Positions 14,893 through 29,320 of a stretch of DNA of 64,000 nt are shown one piece after another. Source of the stretch: Octopus sinensis (Eukaryota); the NCBI RefSeq assembly GCF_006345805.1, contig NC_043000.1:157170001-157234000 (forward strand). Reading direction: 5' to 3'. The notes below the pieces were generated by a model. That model saw only the letters and a program-made list of their open reading frames with translations, searched no databases and had not been told where the DNA came from. Position 1 is the first letter of the stretch, and the number at the start of each line of letters is the position of its first letter. Both the position numbers and the translations under genes were made by a program.

Positions 14893-15004
14893 ACATACAT
14901 ACATACATACATACGTACATTACATTACATACATACCTTTGGAAACCGGCTCCCTCCTCCGTGGAAGATTTATAATAATTAAACATAGAAGAGACATATT
15001 CGTA

Positions 15005-15490
15005 CATACATACAATCCAAGGACAGGAGACTGCTACTAAATACCTAATCAACAAAAGAATCAATAAAGCTCTTGTAGTTCCAAGATGCAACTATAAATG
15101 TAGATTATGTCATATTTCTGTGGAAGACTTCACACATGTGATTAGCTGCTGTCATGTCACTACCTTCCTATGTGACACGACATTGTCGCAAATACAATGT
15201 ACAATGCCATTCAGAAAAAGAAGAATGTCCTGGAATAGATAGAGAGAATCCATCTGTTTTTGAATACATACACAAATACCAGCATCAAGGAATACTGGTG
15301 GAACGTTCGCTTCAAAACATCTGTCAAGAGTAAGCATAACAGGCCAGACATTGTTGTTTGGGACAGACAAGAAAAGGTACGAATCGCCATAGAGGTCAGC
15401 TGTCCTTCTGATGTGAATATCAATTTGAAAATCAAAGAGAAAGAAGATAACTATGGTCAGCTGCTTCAGAACATCCAGCTTCTACATCGG
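15005..15490 (+). mobile_element. R4/Dong-type RLE LINE C-terminal fragment (CCHC knuckle plus restriction-like endonuclease)
   Basis: CRLCHISVEDFTHVISC, RHDIVA, EYWWNV..KHNRPDIVVWDRQEK..IEVSCP....KIKEKEDNY, matching the RHD and PD..E..K.Y RLE motifs. Confidence 0.85.
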
Positions 15491-15529
15491 AAGATTGTGG
15501 CCTTACAGTGGAGCCGCTTGGTAGAATTT

Positions 15530-15899
15530 TTGGTCGAATGAATCGAACCCAGTACTTACATTTTGTTAAGCTGGATACTTACTTATTCCATCGGTCACTT
15601 TTGCCGAACTGTTAAGTTACGGGGGCTTAAACATAATCCCTGTTGTCAAGCAGTACTAGGGGAAAAAAGACCCAATCACACACACTCACACACATACACA
15701 CACACACACACGCACAAACACACACATATACATATACGACGGGATTCTTTCAATTTCCGTCTACCAAATCCACTCACAAGGCTTTGGTCGGCCCGAGGCT
15801 ATAGTAGAAGACCCTTGCCCAAGGTGCCACGCAGTGGGACTGAACCCGGAACCATGTGTTTGGTAAACAAGCTACTTACCACACAGCCACTCCTGCGCC

Positions 15900-15900
<1 letters not shown>
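15530..15900 (-). mobile_element. SINE, group A (diverged tail)
   Basis: Head at 15900 end, internal (CA) tract. Confidence 0.85.
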
Positions 15901-15945
<45 letters not shown>

Positions 15946-16159
15946 TCATACACAAACACACACACTACCTGCTTGAAACGACATGTTTTTACTTTCAACT
16001 TTCCATCTGAATTTTCACAGAGATTCAAGCATCTATTGCCCATCCATTTCACTTCTGTTGTTTTTGTTTGTATTCTTGAAACCGTCGTTCGTCACCTGTT
16101 TTCCAATATAGATGTGTGTGTGTGCATGAATGTACACACTCACACACACACACACACAC

Positions 16160-16205
<46 letters not shown>

Positions 16206-17383
16206 AATATATATAATATGTGTGGACAAGCAAAAATGAAATTGGCACTCAACACATCTATTTGGTAAGAATGGTTCTAGGAATCTAGACTGGAATACTG
16301 AACTGAAAATGATGTCGATACGAGTTTAATAAGACGATGTGACGCTCGTTGGCCAACAGCAACTCAATATCCAGGAGCCATCTTCTCATCAAATTCGGTT
16401 TCTACGCACTTGATAAGATATATTCGTTTGATGATCCTACGAAATATTAAGTTGCATGGAAAAGAATCACACACACACAAAACACGTGTGTGTGTGTGTG
16501 TGTATTAAGTTCGCGCCTTTTCAGAGACAGTGTAATCTCAGCCTTTTCGTGAAGTTTTGTTTTCTGTTCTATTCAACGCACCGTTTGATAACATGAGTAC
16601 GTTTGAACATTTCAGATATGCGAAAATTATTTGCATAACGCTTCTTGAGTTTTGCAATGAATCACTAGATGTTAAGAGCTGAAACCTTTACAAAGAAGCA
16701 CAGCCCTTGGGACGTAGTATTTGCTATGTTAATATAGCGAGCTCTAGGAAAGACATGCAGAGATTGCATTGCTTAAAATTTGTGGAGATTTTGAACGTTT
16801 TAATTGTGTATAGTCCAGCACCAGAAAATTATCGAACGTCTTAAAGTAAAGACCTGATTATTTGTGAAACGGAGACTCCTAGCAATGAAAGTAAAGCAAT
16901 CAAGATATTGAATGTGAGTTCATTAAGTATTTGTACAGATTGCTGGACGATAAGATTCATTGATTAATAAATTAATTTACTTCCTGCAACGAGAGATATT
17001 TATCAGTTGGTTATTAAACCAGTGACCGTTAGCAATCGTTTAACAACTTGATTTGTATGGATAAAATAAGATAATCGAAATAAATATTTAAAGAAAAAAC
17101 GGTCTCGTCCGTAGTTGTATATTCTATAGTACTTGGTGAGCGTGCATAGTAAATATATTCTCCATCAGTTTCGATGATGTTCATTAGTGGCCGAGTATTC
17201 CATAAGCCTTTAATGCAATCTCCATGCTCAGTCAACGTGATACAGTGTGTGACCCACCGACTGGCTTTTAGTAGCTGAGTATCCAGATTTCTGATTAGAT
17301 TGCAAGCGACCCCACGTTCTGATAAACTACACTTAGCTAAGCTGCTTTTACCCTTGCTCGTACACATCTATCTATCTTATCCC

Positions 17384-17451
17384 CAAAAGAAAAGCTCTAC
17401 CTTGTAATTTGTCCTGTCTGTGTGCAGCCCTGTGTGGCTAATAAAGAAACA

Positions 17452-17456
<5 letters not shown>
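17384..17456 (+). mobile_element. 5'-truncated 3' end of the Tx1-type LINE
   Basis: CAAAAGAAAAGCTCTACCTTGTAATTTGTCCTGTCTGTGTGCAGCCCTGTGTGGCTAATAAAGAAACATATCT matches the reverse complement of 60901-60972 with 2 mismatches. Confidence 0.88.
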
Positions 17457-17520
<64 letters not shown>

Positions 17521-17703
17521 GTATCTGTCTGCCTGCCTGTATGCCTGCCTGCCTGTCTGCCTGTCTGTCTGCCTGCCTGTCTGTCTGCCTGTCTGTCTGC
17601 CTGCCTGTCTGCCTGTCTGTCTGCCTGCCTGCCTGTCTGTCCGCCCGTCCGTCCATCTGTCTGTCAATCTATCCCTTGATCTATCCATCTGTGCGTCCGC
17701 CTG

Positions 17704-17761
<58 letters not shown>

Positions 17762-17764
17762 CAT

Positions 17765-17797
<33 letters not shown>

Positions 17798-17806
17798 ATC
17801 TATCTA

Positions 17807-17846
<40 letters not shown>

Positions 17847-17858
17847 TCTGTCTATCTA

Positions 17859-17899
<41 letters not shown>

Positions 17900-17940
17900 G
17901 TGTTTATCTGTCTGTCTCTCTGCCTGTCTATCTATCTATC
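17450..17940. repeat. (TATC)n/(TGTC)n/(TGCC)n microsatellite
   Basis: Direct reading. Confidence 0.95.
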
Positions 17941-18591
17941 CTTGACATCAGCAGATCCTTCTACACTGATGCTGCTAATGTCCCGACTGAATATGTTAAG
18001 GTCAATATGTTTAGGAAAAGGTGGTAGAAGGAATCGGAAATTTGGTCCCACTGTTTGTATCTTCTGAAAACATGGTACCTACAAGCAGCGGCAAAAAAAA
18101 GATGGTGATGATACAAGCAATTAAGAGATTGTTTGATTGGGAAAAGCAGAGAAGGAAATTTGAACGGAGACATATGTATATCAGAATGAGGCCGAGGTGT
18201 TTGATGGGAGCGAAAAGAAAAGTGTAAATATGCAGCCGAAACATTGTTTTGATATTTGGACATACATGAAGCAGACATGGAGTTGAGAAGGTATATCATT
18301 GATGAGGTCGCGAATGGTGACGAAAAGACTTTACAAAGCTAACTCATTGGTTAATTAAGCGAACAATTAATCAAACGATCGATTAGTTGATTGCTTAAAT
18401 AGTTAACCAAATTGACAAATGGAAAATATAGAAGTGAAAAAAATATAAAAGAAACCAGTGCGTGCGTTTATTATTGGCATAATGACCCTCTCGTAATGCA
18501 ACAAGACCGAAACTTTTTCTTAAGATTATAGAAGGTTGAAGCCATCCTTGTAACTTGGAGCTGTTTAAAAGAGAAATCCGTCCATTTTAGT

Positions 18592-19015
18592 TTTATCTCT
18601 CTTTTACTCTTTTACTTGTTTCAGTCATTTGACTGCGGCCATGCTGGAGCACCGCCTTTAATCGAGCAACTCGACCCCGGGACTTATTCTTTTTGTAAGC
18701 CCAGTACTTATCCTATCGGTCTCTTTTTGCCGAACCGCTAAGTAACAGGGACATAAACACACCAGCATCGGTTGTCAAGCAAAGCTAGGGGGACACAAAC
18801 AGACACACAAACACACACACGCATATATATATATATATATATATATACATACATACGACGGGCTTCTTTCAGTTTCCGTCTACCAAATCCACTCACAAGG
18901 CTTTGGTCGGCCCGAGGCTATAGTAGAAGACACTTGCCCAAAGTGCCACGCAGTGGGATTGAACCCAGAACCCTGTGGTTGGTAAACAAGCTACTTACCA
19001 CACAGCCACTCCTGC
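18592..19015 (-). mobile_element. SINE, group A
   Basis: Near-complete reverse-complement copy. Confidence 0.92.
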
Positions 19016-19574
19016 ACTTTTCCTTCTCGGTCACAAGTTTGCCTCTTGGTTATACGCCTGTTGTTGTAAAGCAGCTTCGTTGGGATATTAAGTGGGATCA
19101 CGAGACATTGACATTTCGATAGAGTGGCATCACGAGACATTACTAGGACTCTGACGTCATACTCTTATAAATTGCTAGCTAGACAAGCAGGACTTACTCT
19201 GTCATCCTTAAAAATATTATCCCGTGTTCCCTCTCTCTCTGCATTTCCTTGCTGGTCTCTCTCACAAGTAGTTCCCCATTACATCATCAATATATACGTT
19301 CCTGTTTATTATTTCGAAGTTTCCGTTCCTGTTAAATGCAGGGAGGATTTATTTTGAAAATAACTTATGTTTATTTATATTCTTATTGGGTCGTTTCATT
19401 ATTCATTCCGATTGAACACGTGAATTTGTGAGATCATAATAATTAGCATCAAATGCGTTCTTTGAGAAAAATATTATTGTATATACACACACACTGTAGG
19501 GAGGATGGTGCGTGAGACAGACAAGAAAGTGTGTCAAGAGCAACTGTGGGTAATAGCCATTCTGTATCAGGTGA

Positions 19575-19880
19575 CCAAATACAAATGGCTTGGTAGTTAG
19601 ATCGTCGGGTTCACAGTGAGTTCGATTCCCGGACCTGGCTGTGTGTCTTGTGTTCTTGAGCAAGACACTTTATTTCACATTGCTCCAGTTCACTCAGCTG
19701 TAGAAATGAGTTGCGACCTCACTGGTGCCAAGCCGATACAGCTTGGCACCAGTGTAGAGATACGAGGCTGGTATGCATGGGCGACTTCTGGTCTTCCATA
19801 AACAACCTTACCCAGACTTGTGCTTCGGAGGGTAACTTCCTAGGTACAATCTCATGGTCTTCATCACCGAAGGGGGTCTT
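19575..19880 (+). mobile_element. SINE with group B-variant core and a different tail
   Basis: B box GAGTTCGATTCCC and core TGTTCTTGAGCAAGACACTTTATTTCAC shared with 4802 and 59488. Confidence 0.6.
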
Positions 19881-20035
19881 TACCCTTTTACTTCATATAA
19901 CCAACAAACATGACAAGGTCCGCCACGACACACACACATAAAAGAAAACAATGTCATGTTGTTTGTTTGTTACTTGTGTTTCTATGGTCTAGCATTATCG
20001 TAATTTCATTTTGGTGTTCCTTATACATCGAACAC

Positions 20036-20680
20036 TAGGCGTGGCTGTGTGGTAAGAAGCTTGCTTCCCAATCACATGGTCCCGGGTTCAATCCCACTGC
20101 GTAGCACCTTGGGCGAGTGTCTTCTACTATAGCCTCGGGCCTTGTGAGTGGATCTGGAAGACGGAAACTGAAAGAAGCTCGTCGTATATATACATATATA
20201 TGTGTGTGTGTGTGTTTGTTTTTCTGTGTGTATAGTAAACCCACCCCCGCCAAAAAAAAAAGACGAAGAACAAACACAACAACAAAAAACAACAACGCGA
20301 GGACACGGTACATGTAAAGTATTAGCAGATGCTCAGGGAAAGAAAGAAAGATTGTTTTACATTTCGAGTAAGGCTCTTCGTCAGAAAAAGGAGACGGAAG
20401 AAAGTCCAAAAGCAAAGGGAGACGGAGGAAAAACAATAAATATGTATCTATGTATACATCTATATGCACGACTTTGTGTCTGTGTTTGTCCCCTCACCAC
20501 CATCACTAGACAATTGATGCTGGTATGTTTACGTCCCCGTAACAAAAGGGACCGATACAATGAGTATTAGGCTTATTAGAATAAGTCCTGGGGTCAATTT
20601 TCTTTGACTAAAACCCTTTAAGGTGGTGCTCCAGCATGGCTGCAGTCAAATGACTGAAACAAGTAAAAGAATAAAAGAAA
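20036..20680 (+). mobile_element. SINE, group A, with about 250 bp of unrelated sequence in its internal microsatellite
   Basis: Head 20036-20190 and tail 20480-20680 are separated by A-rich sequence. Confidence 0.75.
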
Positions 20681-20907
20681 GATATAAGGAACAAAATAAC
20701 TGTTGGTCCTATCTGAGGTGTGCATAGTGACTGCATCTTTATTTAGAAGGATAAGTATTTATAAATATTTCTGTAACTGTATTGCACTAGTTGCACTCAA
20801 CGTTAAATATAATTTGCTTCTTGTAAATTTCCATATGCATTTGGATCTACGTATATTTTTGTATCTGCATATCTGTGCATAAAGATGAGTTAAATAAATG
20901 CATATAT

Positions 20908-21071
20908 AGGCGCAGGAGTGGCTGTGTGGTAAGTAGCTTGCTTATCAGCCACATGGTTCCGGGTTCAGTCCCACTGCGTGGCACCTTGGGTAAGTGTCTT
21001 CTACTATAGCCTCGGGCCGACCAAAGATTTGTGAGTGGATTTGGTTGACGGAAACTGAAAGAAGCCTGTCG

Positions 21072-21108
<37 letters not shown>

Positions 21109-21332
21109 CTGTGTCTGTGTGTGTGTGTGTGTGTGTGTGTTTGCCCTCCTCCCACCATCATCGCTTGACAACTGATGCTGCTGAGTTCGGGTCCCCGTAA
21201 CTTAGCGGTTCGGCAAAATAGACCGATCGAATAAGTACTAGGTTTACAAAGAATAAGTCCTGGGGTCGATTTGTTCGACTAAAGGCGGTGCCCCAGCATG
21301 GCCGTAGTCAAATGACTGAAACAAGTAAAAGG
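20908..21332 (+). mobile_element. SINE, group A
   Basis: Full-length copy. Confidence 0.92.
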
Positions 21333-21724
21333 ATTTTCATATGTATATATGTGTGCGCGGACGGATAAGTCTGTGTGTGTGTGCTAATATGTAGTAGAAT
21401 AAAAGATAATCACCGAAGTAATAATGGTGGAGAAGTGGGTCAGTCGGTGTGGGTATGATGAAAATAGAATTTCTTGGAATTCAATACGGTTTTGTTCGCT
21501 GCGTTAGAAGTTAATAGGATGGATAAACACAAGGGATGAGTCATAAGTGACATTTCATCTGTAGAACCCGAGTAAAATAATACAACTTCCACATAGTTTA
21601 CCAAACAACCAGCCAGACAACGAGCTCCCAGACATCCAGCTAAATAGCAAACTAAATCACGTTCTAATCCTGGGTGTTGTAGCTAACCGAGTCAATATGG
21701 TAGTGTTGTAATGCAAAATAATAA

Positions 21725-21918
21725 CAATAACCCTTTCTACTGTAGCCACAAGGCCTGAACTTTGGGCTGGGCGGGGATGGGGTACTTTTTTTATCAACTC
21801 CGAAAGGATGAAAGGCAAAGTCGACCTCGGCGGAATTTGAACTCAGAACGTAAGGGTGGACGAAATGCCGCGAAGCATTTTACTCGGCGTGCTAACCATT
21901 CTGCCAGCTCAACGCCTT

Positions 21919-22000
<82 letters not shown>

Positions 22001-22076
22001 GATAGACGTCGCCCTTTTCAAACCTATCCAGGCTCATGGGCCCGGTTTCCTGGTTTCTGTGGCGTATGTGTTATTA

Positions 22077-22113
<37 letters not shown>

Positions 22114-22465
22114 TCACGAGCAGAAGGAGTGGGGGAGCATCATAGCCGTGTGTTGAGAGGGATTCTTTGGGGTTTGAATAATTCACCTCTGGAATCATGT
22201 GTGTTTCGTTCAACATCCTTAAACAATCCTTATTCAGGGAGCTTTTGAGCGGGATGGGTTACTCGACCAGAAGAAAATTCTAACTGGGACCCACCTGATA
22301 AGTCATGTGCTGTTTATCTTGATATGAGATCACCATGTCACGCACATATGGTTGTGATGCATGTGCCTAGTATACCCTTATCAGACGGGTAGTCATGATG
22401 GGTATACTGGACTTCGTATATTTTACCCCAGTGTCACTTTGATGGCATGCACTGCTCTCTCACTC

Positions 22466-22519
<54 letters not shown>

Positions 22520-22712
22520 CCTTTCTATTATAGGCACAAGGCCTGAAATTTGGTGGGTGGGGAGGTAGTTGATTACATCGACTCCAGTACTGAACTGGCG
22601 AAAGGATGAAAGACAAAGTCGACATCGGCGGAATTTTGTACTCAGAACGTAGAGATGGGCGAAATACCGCTAAGCATTTCGCTCGGTGTACCAACGATTC
22701 TGCCAGTTCGCT
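21725..22712. mobile_element. Nest of SINE/LINE ends in (AAT)n tracts: group C copies at 21725-21918 (-) and 22518-22712 (-), SINE tail at 22007-22075, AAT-flanked element at 22110-22465
   Basis: Group C core CGAAAGGATGAAAGGCAAAGTCGACCTCGGCGG; each piece is bounded by (AAT)n. Confidence 0.7.
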
Positions 22713-22860
22713 GGTTTATGACGTGTAAATAATGAGTTAAAAACCCTATGATTAGAAAAAGAATCGAAAGCTCTCTAAATGTGACAAATGTTGAAACTAC
22801 TGGACCAAAATCCTCCGAATTTCTCCCTCCATTTCAGAAACTTTGTTCTTGCCAGTAAGC

Positions 22861-22914
<54 letters not shown>

Positions 22915-23909
22915 ACACACACACACACACACTAACACACACACACGTGTATATGTGGGTGAGCCTATGTGCGTATATATTACAGAAAGAATAATTAGGC
23001 CTCATTCATCAAGATATTACAAGGCTTTAATAAACGTATATAATATTTGAATACATTTTACCAAACTAACAAAGAAGACTCTACATAGTTCAGCTGTCTG
23101 CTTGATCATAAGGAAAAAACGCAAATCTCTCTCAGAAGTATATCATGGATAATGTGTATAAACCATATCTAAATTTGAATCTTGTTGTTTTAACGATTTG
23201 TCAGGACTAGACGATTCTGAATGTATGCCAGTCCAATCAGGACTGACTTAGGGTTAAAAACAACAGCACATAAGCACATAATAAATCAATATTCTGACAT
23301 TTGGTGTTAGTTTCTGCTTCTTAATTTCTCATTCAGTATTTTAAAGAGAAGCCACGTCTGTCGTTGAAAGAAATTGTTGCTCATGTGTATGGCTTATTAA
23401 CCAACGGAACACTGTTAAATATTGATTTCTTATGGTTTCTGCGCAAGATCAATATTGTGATCTGTTGTCCGTAAGATGATTTAAGCGCGTTTATAATACA
23501 TTTTGTTTTTTAATGAAATCCTTTCCGAATAAATATTGGTTTAGAATATTTATTTTTAGTGTAATTCTTATATTTTTGTCTTAAACGATCTTATAACTCT
23601 TATTGGAGAAATGCATATCATCCCACATCAAATGTTAATATACTCGTGCTTTAAGCGAAACGGTGTTGGAAACGTTTTAAATATTCTGGTTTCGGAATTC
23701 TAGTAACTAACTGGAACTTGTTGTTACAGATATCCAGCAGAGGAAGATGGCTGTTGTAAAAAGCAACATCTACACATGCGTACATATTACTGTTCATAGT
23801 GAAGTTTTAGTATACATAAAGCAGAGGAGATGAGCTATAAAAAGGTGAGAGATTTTTGTTTTAGAGAGGAATATATGTAGTTTCGGCGATACAAGGAAGT
23901 GACTTGTAA

Positions 23910-24427
23910 AGTCCAGCAAGCCTCTTCTCCTTATCTCCTCAAAGACATACAGCATCTCGAAAGAGTCCAGAAGCTGGCTACCCGCATGGTTCATGGTCTC
24001 AAAAATTTGTCCTATGAAGAAAGGCTGAGGACGCTCGACCTTTATTCTCTTGAAAAACGCCGCCGCCGTGGTGATCTCATTCTCGCCCACAACATCATAA
24101 GCGGAAAGTGTAACCTCTCGAAAGAGCTGTTCTTCACTCCTGCTCCAGAGCGTCGGCTGCGGGGTTATTCCGAAAAGCTCTACCTGCGACGATTTCATCT
24201 CAATCGAAGGAGAGGAGCTTTCTCCGTCCGGGTTGCGGATCCGTGGAACAAGCTGCCAGACGAGATGGTGAAGATGCCGACGACCGCTTTGTTCAAAGCC
24301 TCCCTTGACCTGAAGTGGCCTGAACTCTTTACATGAACACCACCCTGTACTTAACACCATGTCCCCCTACATGGCCTTGCTATTTGCTTTTGAGCCAAAT
24401 TAACTAACTAACTAACTAACTAACTAG
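23910..24427 (+). mobile_element. CR1-clade LINE 3' fragment
   Basis: Open frame ..LKDIQHLERVQKLATRMVHGLKNLSYEERLRTLDLYSLEKRRRRGDLI..FSVRVADPWNKLP..; 3' UTR stem-loop CCATGT-CCCCCT-ACATGG (24357-24374); (TAAC)n tail. Confidence 0.92.
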
Positions 24428-25019
24428 AATGAAAGTTTAAGAATATTAAAGAAAAGGAAGAAGAAATGTACTGAGTGTTTCGTGTTACTTTTTAATGTCT
24501 ATGGAAATTTTAGATAGTTTCTGCGTTTTGAGGCCACATTGATGTTAACCTCTGCAGAGAGCTTAACTAGAATTTTTGAAGCAAAGCGAACTCTTCTAGA
24601 GGACCAGAAGAGATGGTATTGAACAGGGCAATATGATATAGTTTTCATCCCATCCTGTTTTCATATGTCGAAATCGCTGAATTACAATCAACAGCTGATG
24701 AAAGAATGCTTGTGTCCATGTTTGTAAATTTCCATCTTCTACATGTCTGGCTTATTCTCTGCGCATAATTCTTCTTTCTTTTTCTAATTTCTTTCTTTTC
24801 CTCACACTCTTAAAAACACACACACCCTCACACTCACACACATATGTGTATGCATGTCTGTATGTTTATATGCACATCACACATCCATATATCCATACAT
24901 ACAAACACTCATATGTACACATATACTTTCGGTGATAGATTCTCGGTGACAGTGAGTCCCGGCATTTGGAACAACAGTAAGGAGTATAAGTGCTACTTAG
25001 ACTAATTCCTTACAGTTTA

Positions 25020-25083
25020 AAGTTTCTCAACTCACTTAATCACATGTGTGAGAACACGTGTGATTAAGTGAGTTGAGAAACTT
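25020..25083. repeat. 30-bp-arm hairpin with GAGA loop
   Basis: Arms 25020-25049 and 25054-25083: 29 Watson-Crick pairs plus one T-G. Confidence 0.95.
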
Positions 25084-25619
25084 CGATTAAAGACTTTCGA
25101 TGGGAAGCTTCAAATTAAAGTCAAAAGGTAATCTATCAGTACTCCGAATCCAAAAACAGGTGAGGTAAATGCAATAACAGCAGTTAATCAAAGTGTTAAT
25201 CCAATACATCTGGGTGTGTATCTTGTCTTTTAACTGAAGAGTAGCCAAGAGAAGAGATGGTGAATTAAGGGTAGCGTGTTAACAAAACAGAGCATATTAG
25301 TTTGTCATTGGTGTGAACGCGAATAAAATAAAGTAAACTTCCGAAAAATCGCTTGCCCTCGGCTCTTATGTTTGTCCTCCTCACCCCAGTATCTTACTCT
25401 TCACTCAGCCCATATCATGATACAATTAGCAGTAGGCTATGTAGTGCTATCTCAGAACAATTACTAGAAAAAGGAGAATGAGCTTTCCATTATTAGCTAT
25501 TAATTATATTATTGAGTGAAGTTAAAATTTATGATGAATTTACTATCTCGGTTGGTGTGCAGTCCTTACCCAATGTTCAGAATTTTATTTTCCATGCAGA
25601 CTCCGAAGAAGAGAGCAAT

Positions 25620-26960
<1,341 letters not shown>

Positions 26961-27586
26961 GGGAGAAGAGAGAATTTTAACTGCTGTTTCTTTTTTTTTT
27001 TTTTTGTCATCGTTGCTACTGTCGTTATTGTTAGTGTTGCCGTTGCTGTGGTCTTCGATGATCTGATTGCTGTTGTTGTTGTTCATGTATCAGAACTGCT
27101 ATCGTCGTCGTCGTTGTTGTTGTTGGTGTTGTGACTGCAGTTATAGTCGTTAAGTGTTGACTTCTGTTGCTGTTTTTGTTGTTAGAGCTGTTAAGTGTGG
27201 GCTGTCATCGTTGACACTTAATACCATCTATGAATACCAACTGCCCTACATTTTCTATTTAGCAGAGGATACTCAAATATGTATGTGTTCTGAATAGCAG
27301 AAGATACTGAAAGATGTCTGCAGAAGTCAACAATGACATTTACACTCCTACCAGTACCTAATTGGGAAAAGATATTATATTTAACTCATCATTTTTTGTT
27401 TTGCAGATAATTACGACAGTAGTGGCTGCTTTGGCAGCCGAGAACTGAAAGATGAAGCATTTTATTTGTCTTATTTCTCACAATTCATTGTTTTCTATTC
27501 CACCTTCCAGATTCAATATATAACTTTCAATAGTATAGAGAATTAGAAAATTGAGTTAATCATAAGAAATCAATGTTGAACAATGT

Positions 27587-29320
27587 TACGAGGGTGGGCT
27601 GAAAAGTTCATAAGCTGACTAGGAAAGAGTGACATTAGGGATGTGAAATCCTGCGTGCATTAATTTCAAACTCCTCTTATTAATAACTGCATTGTTTCTT
27701 TCCATTTGACTGTTTAAAGAAGACTTGAAAAGTAACAAGTAGCAACTTCTTTTGAAAATCAACAAAATTTGGCATTGTGGTGTTATCAAGTACCTACAGA
27801 AAAAGGGTTTATTCCCCAAGGACATTTATGCTGACATGGTTGCTACATTAGGGGATGACGTTTCAGCTTTATTAACAGTGCAAAAGTGGGCAGCTGAAGT
27901 TCGGAGGGGAATAGGGATTCTTGAAGATGACCCAACATCTGGACGTCCTAACAACTGGCACCACCGAGGAAAACACTGATTGGGTTCACCACATGAGGAT
28001 GAAAGGCGATTGATTATACAAAAAATGACTGACACTATTAGTAGATCTAGTGAGGGAGTTGAGAATATTCCGCACAGTGAACTTGGTACGATGAAGGCTT
28101 TTTCTCTGTGGGTGCCACTTCTTTTGACATCTGACGAAATGCACACCGGGCTGAGAATATCACGGGAAAATCTGATATTGTTTGGGGAAGATCCAACTGT
28201 TTTCAGTCATTTGAGATAATAGTTACTTTCCTCGTTGCTTGCATTCTTGCAATTTCGTCTTTTAGTAGTCTGTATTTCTCCATCTTTTCTAGCACTTTGT
28301 CATCTACACGGAGTGGAGGCGCAATGGCCCAGTGGTTAGGGCAGCGGACTCGCGGTCGTAGGATCGCGGTTTCGATTCCCAGACCGGGTGTTGTGAGTGT
28401 TTATTGAGTGAAAACACCTAAAGCTCCACGAGGCTCCGGCAGGGGATGGTGGTGATCCCTGCTGTACTCTTTCACCACGACTTTCTCTCACTCTTACTTC
28501 CTGTTTCTGTTGTACCTGTATTTCAAAGGGCTAGCCTTGTCACTCTCTGTGTCACGTTGAATATCCCCGAGAACTACGTTAAGGGTTTACGTGTCTGTGG
28601 AGTGCTCGGCCACTTACACGTTAATTTCACGAGCAGGCTGTTCCGTTGATTCGGATCAACCGGAACCCTCGTCGTCGTAACCGACGGAGTGGTTCCACAA
28701 ATCAGAATGAGTATTGCATTCATCACTTTGAGTTAGAGACAAAGAGACAATCCATGCAGTGGAAACACCCCCTCCTCGTCGATTCACCAGCAGGGAAGAT
28801 GATGGCTTCAGCTTTATGGGATACAAAAGACATAGTGTTTAAAAGAGTCAAACCACCATGGAGAATACTATGCCGACTAGCTGATGCAGTTACGAAAGGC
28901 TATCAAGACCAAATGCCCGAGATAATTGAGAAAAGGGATCTTGTTTCTTCAAGAGAATACCCCTGCACACACAAGTCCTTGGTTTCAATAGCTACAATGC
29001 ATGACTGTGGATTTGAACTGGTCGATCTCCTTCCCTGTCCTCTTGATTTGGATCTCTATGACTATCATCTGTTCCCAAACATGAAAAAAAAAAAACACTT
29101 GACTGGGAACCAGTGACGCAGTGATGACGTCATATCTGCTGTTTATGACTTTTTTGACCAACAGGATGAAATCTTCTTCAGAAATGAGATCCAAACATTG
29201 GAACTCCGATGGACGAAGTGTGTGGACCGGAAGGAGACTATGTTGAAAAGTAGACCTCATTTGGTCACATTGTAAGAGAATATCTTGGTCAGTCTATGAA
29301 CGTTGTAACTGACCTTCGTA
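27587..29320 (+). mobile_element. Decayed mariner transposon with TIRs, carrying a SINE insertion
   Basis: TIRs TACGAGGGTGGGCTGAAAAGTTCATA / inverse at 29283-29320; peptides GVIKYLQKKGL..VQKWAAE..EDDPTSGRP, HHFELETKRQSMQWKHP, DYHLFPNMKK, LELRWTKCV. Confidence 0.92.
28313..28695 (+). mobile_element. SINE, group B
   Basis: Near-identical to 3115-3497. Confidence 0.92.

Noticed and set aside
17029-17367. 112-aa minus ORF whose end (IIETDGEY) resembles a mariner C-terminus
   Set aside because: No catalytic motif or TIR found; similarity too short.
21920-22520. CRISPR-like repeat-spacer appearance of (AAT)n-separated blocks
   Set aside because: The repeats are variable-length microsatellites, the spacers are retroposon fragments, and the DNA is eukaryotic.
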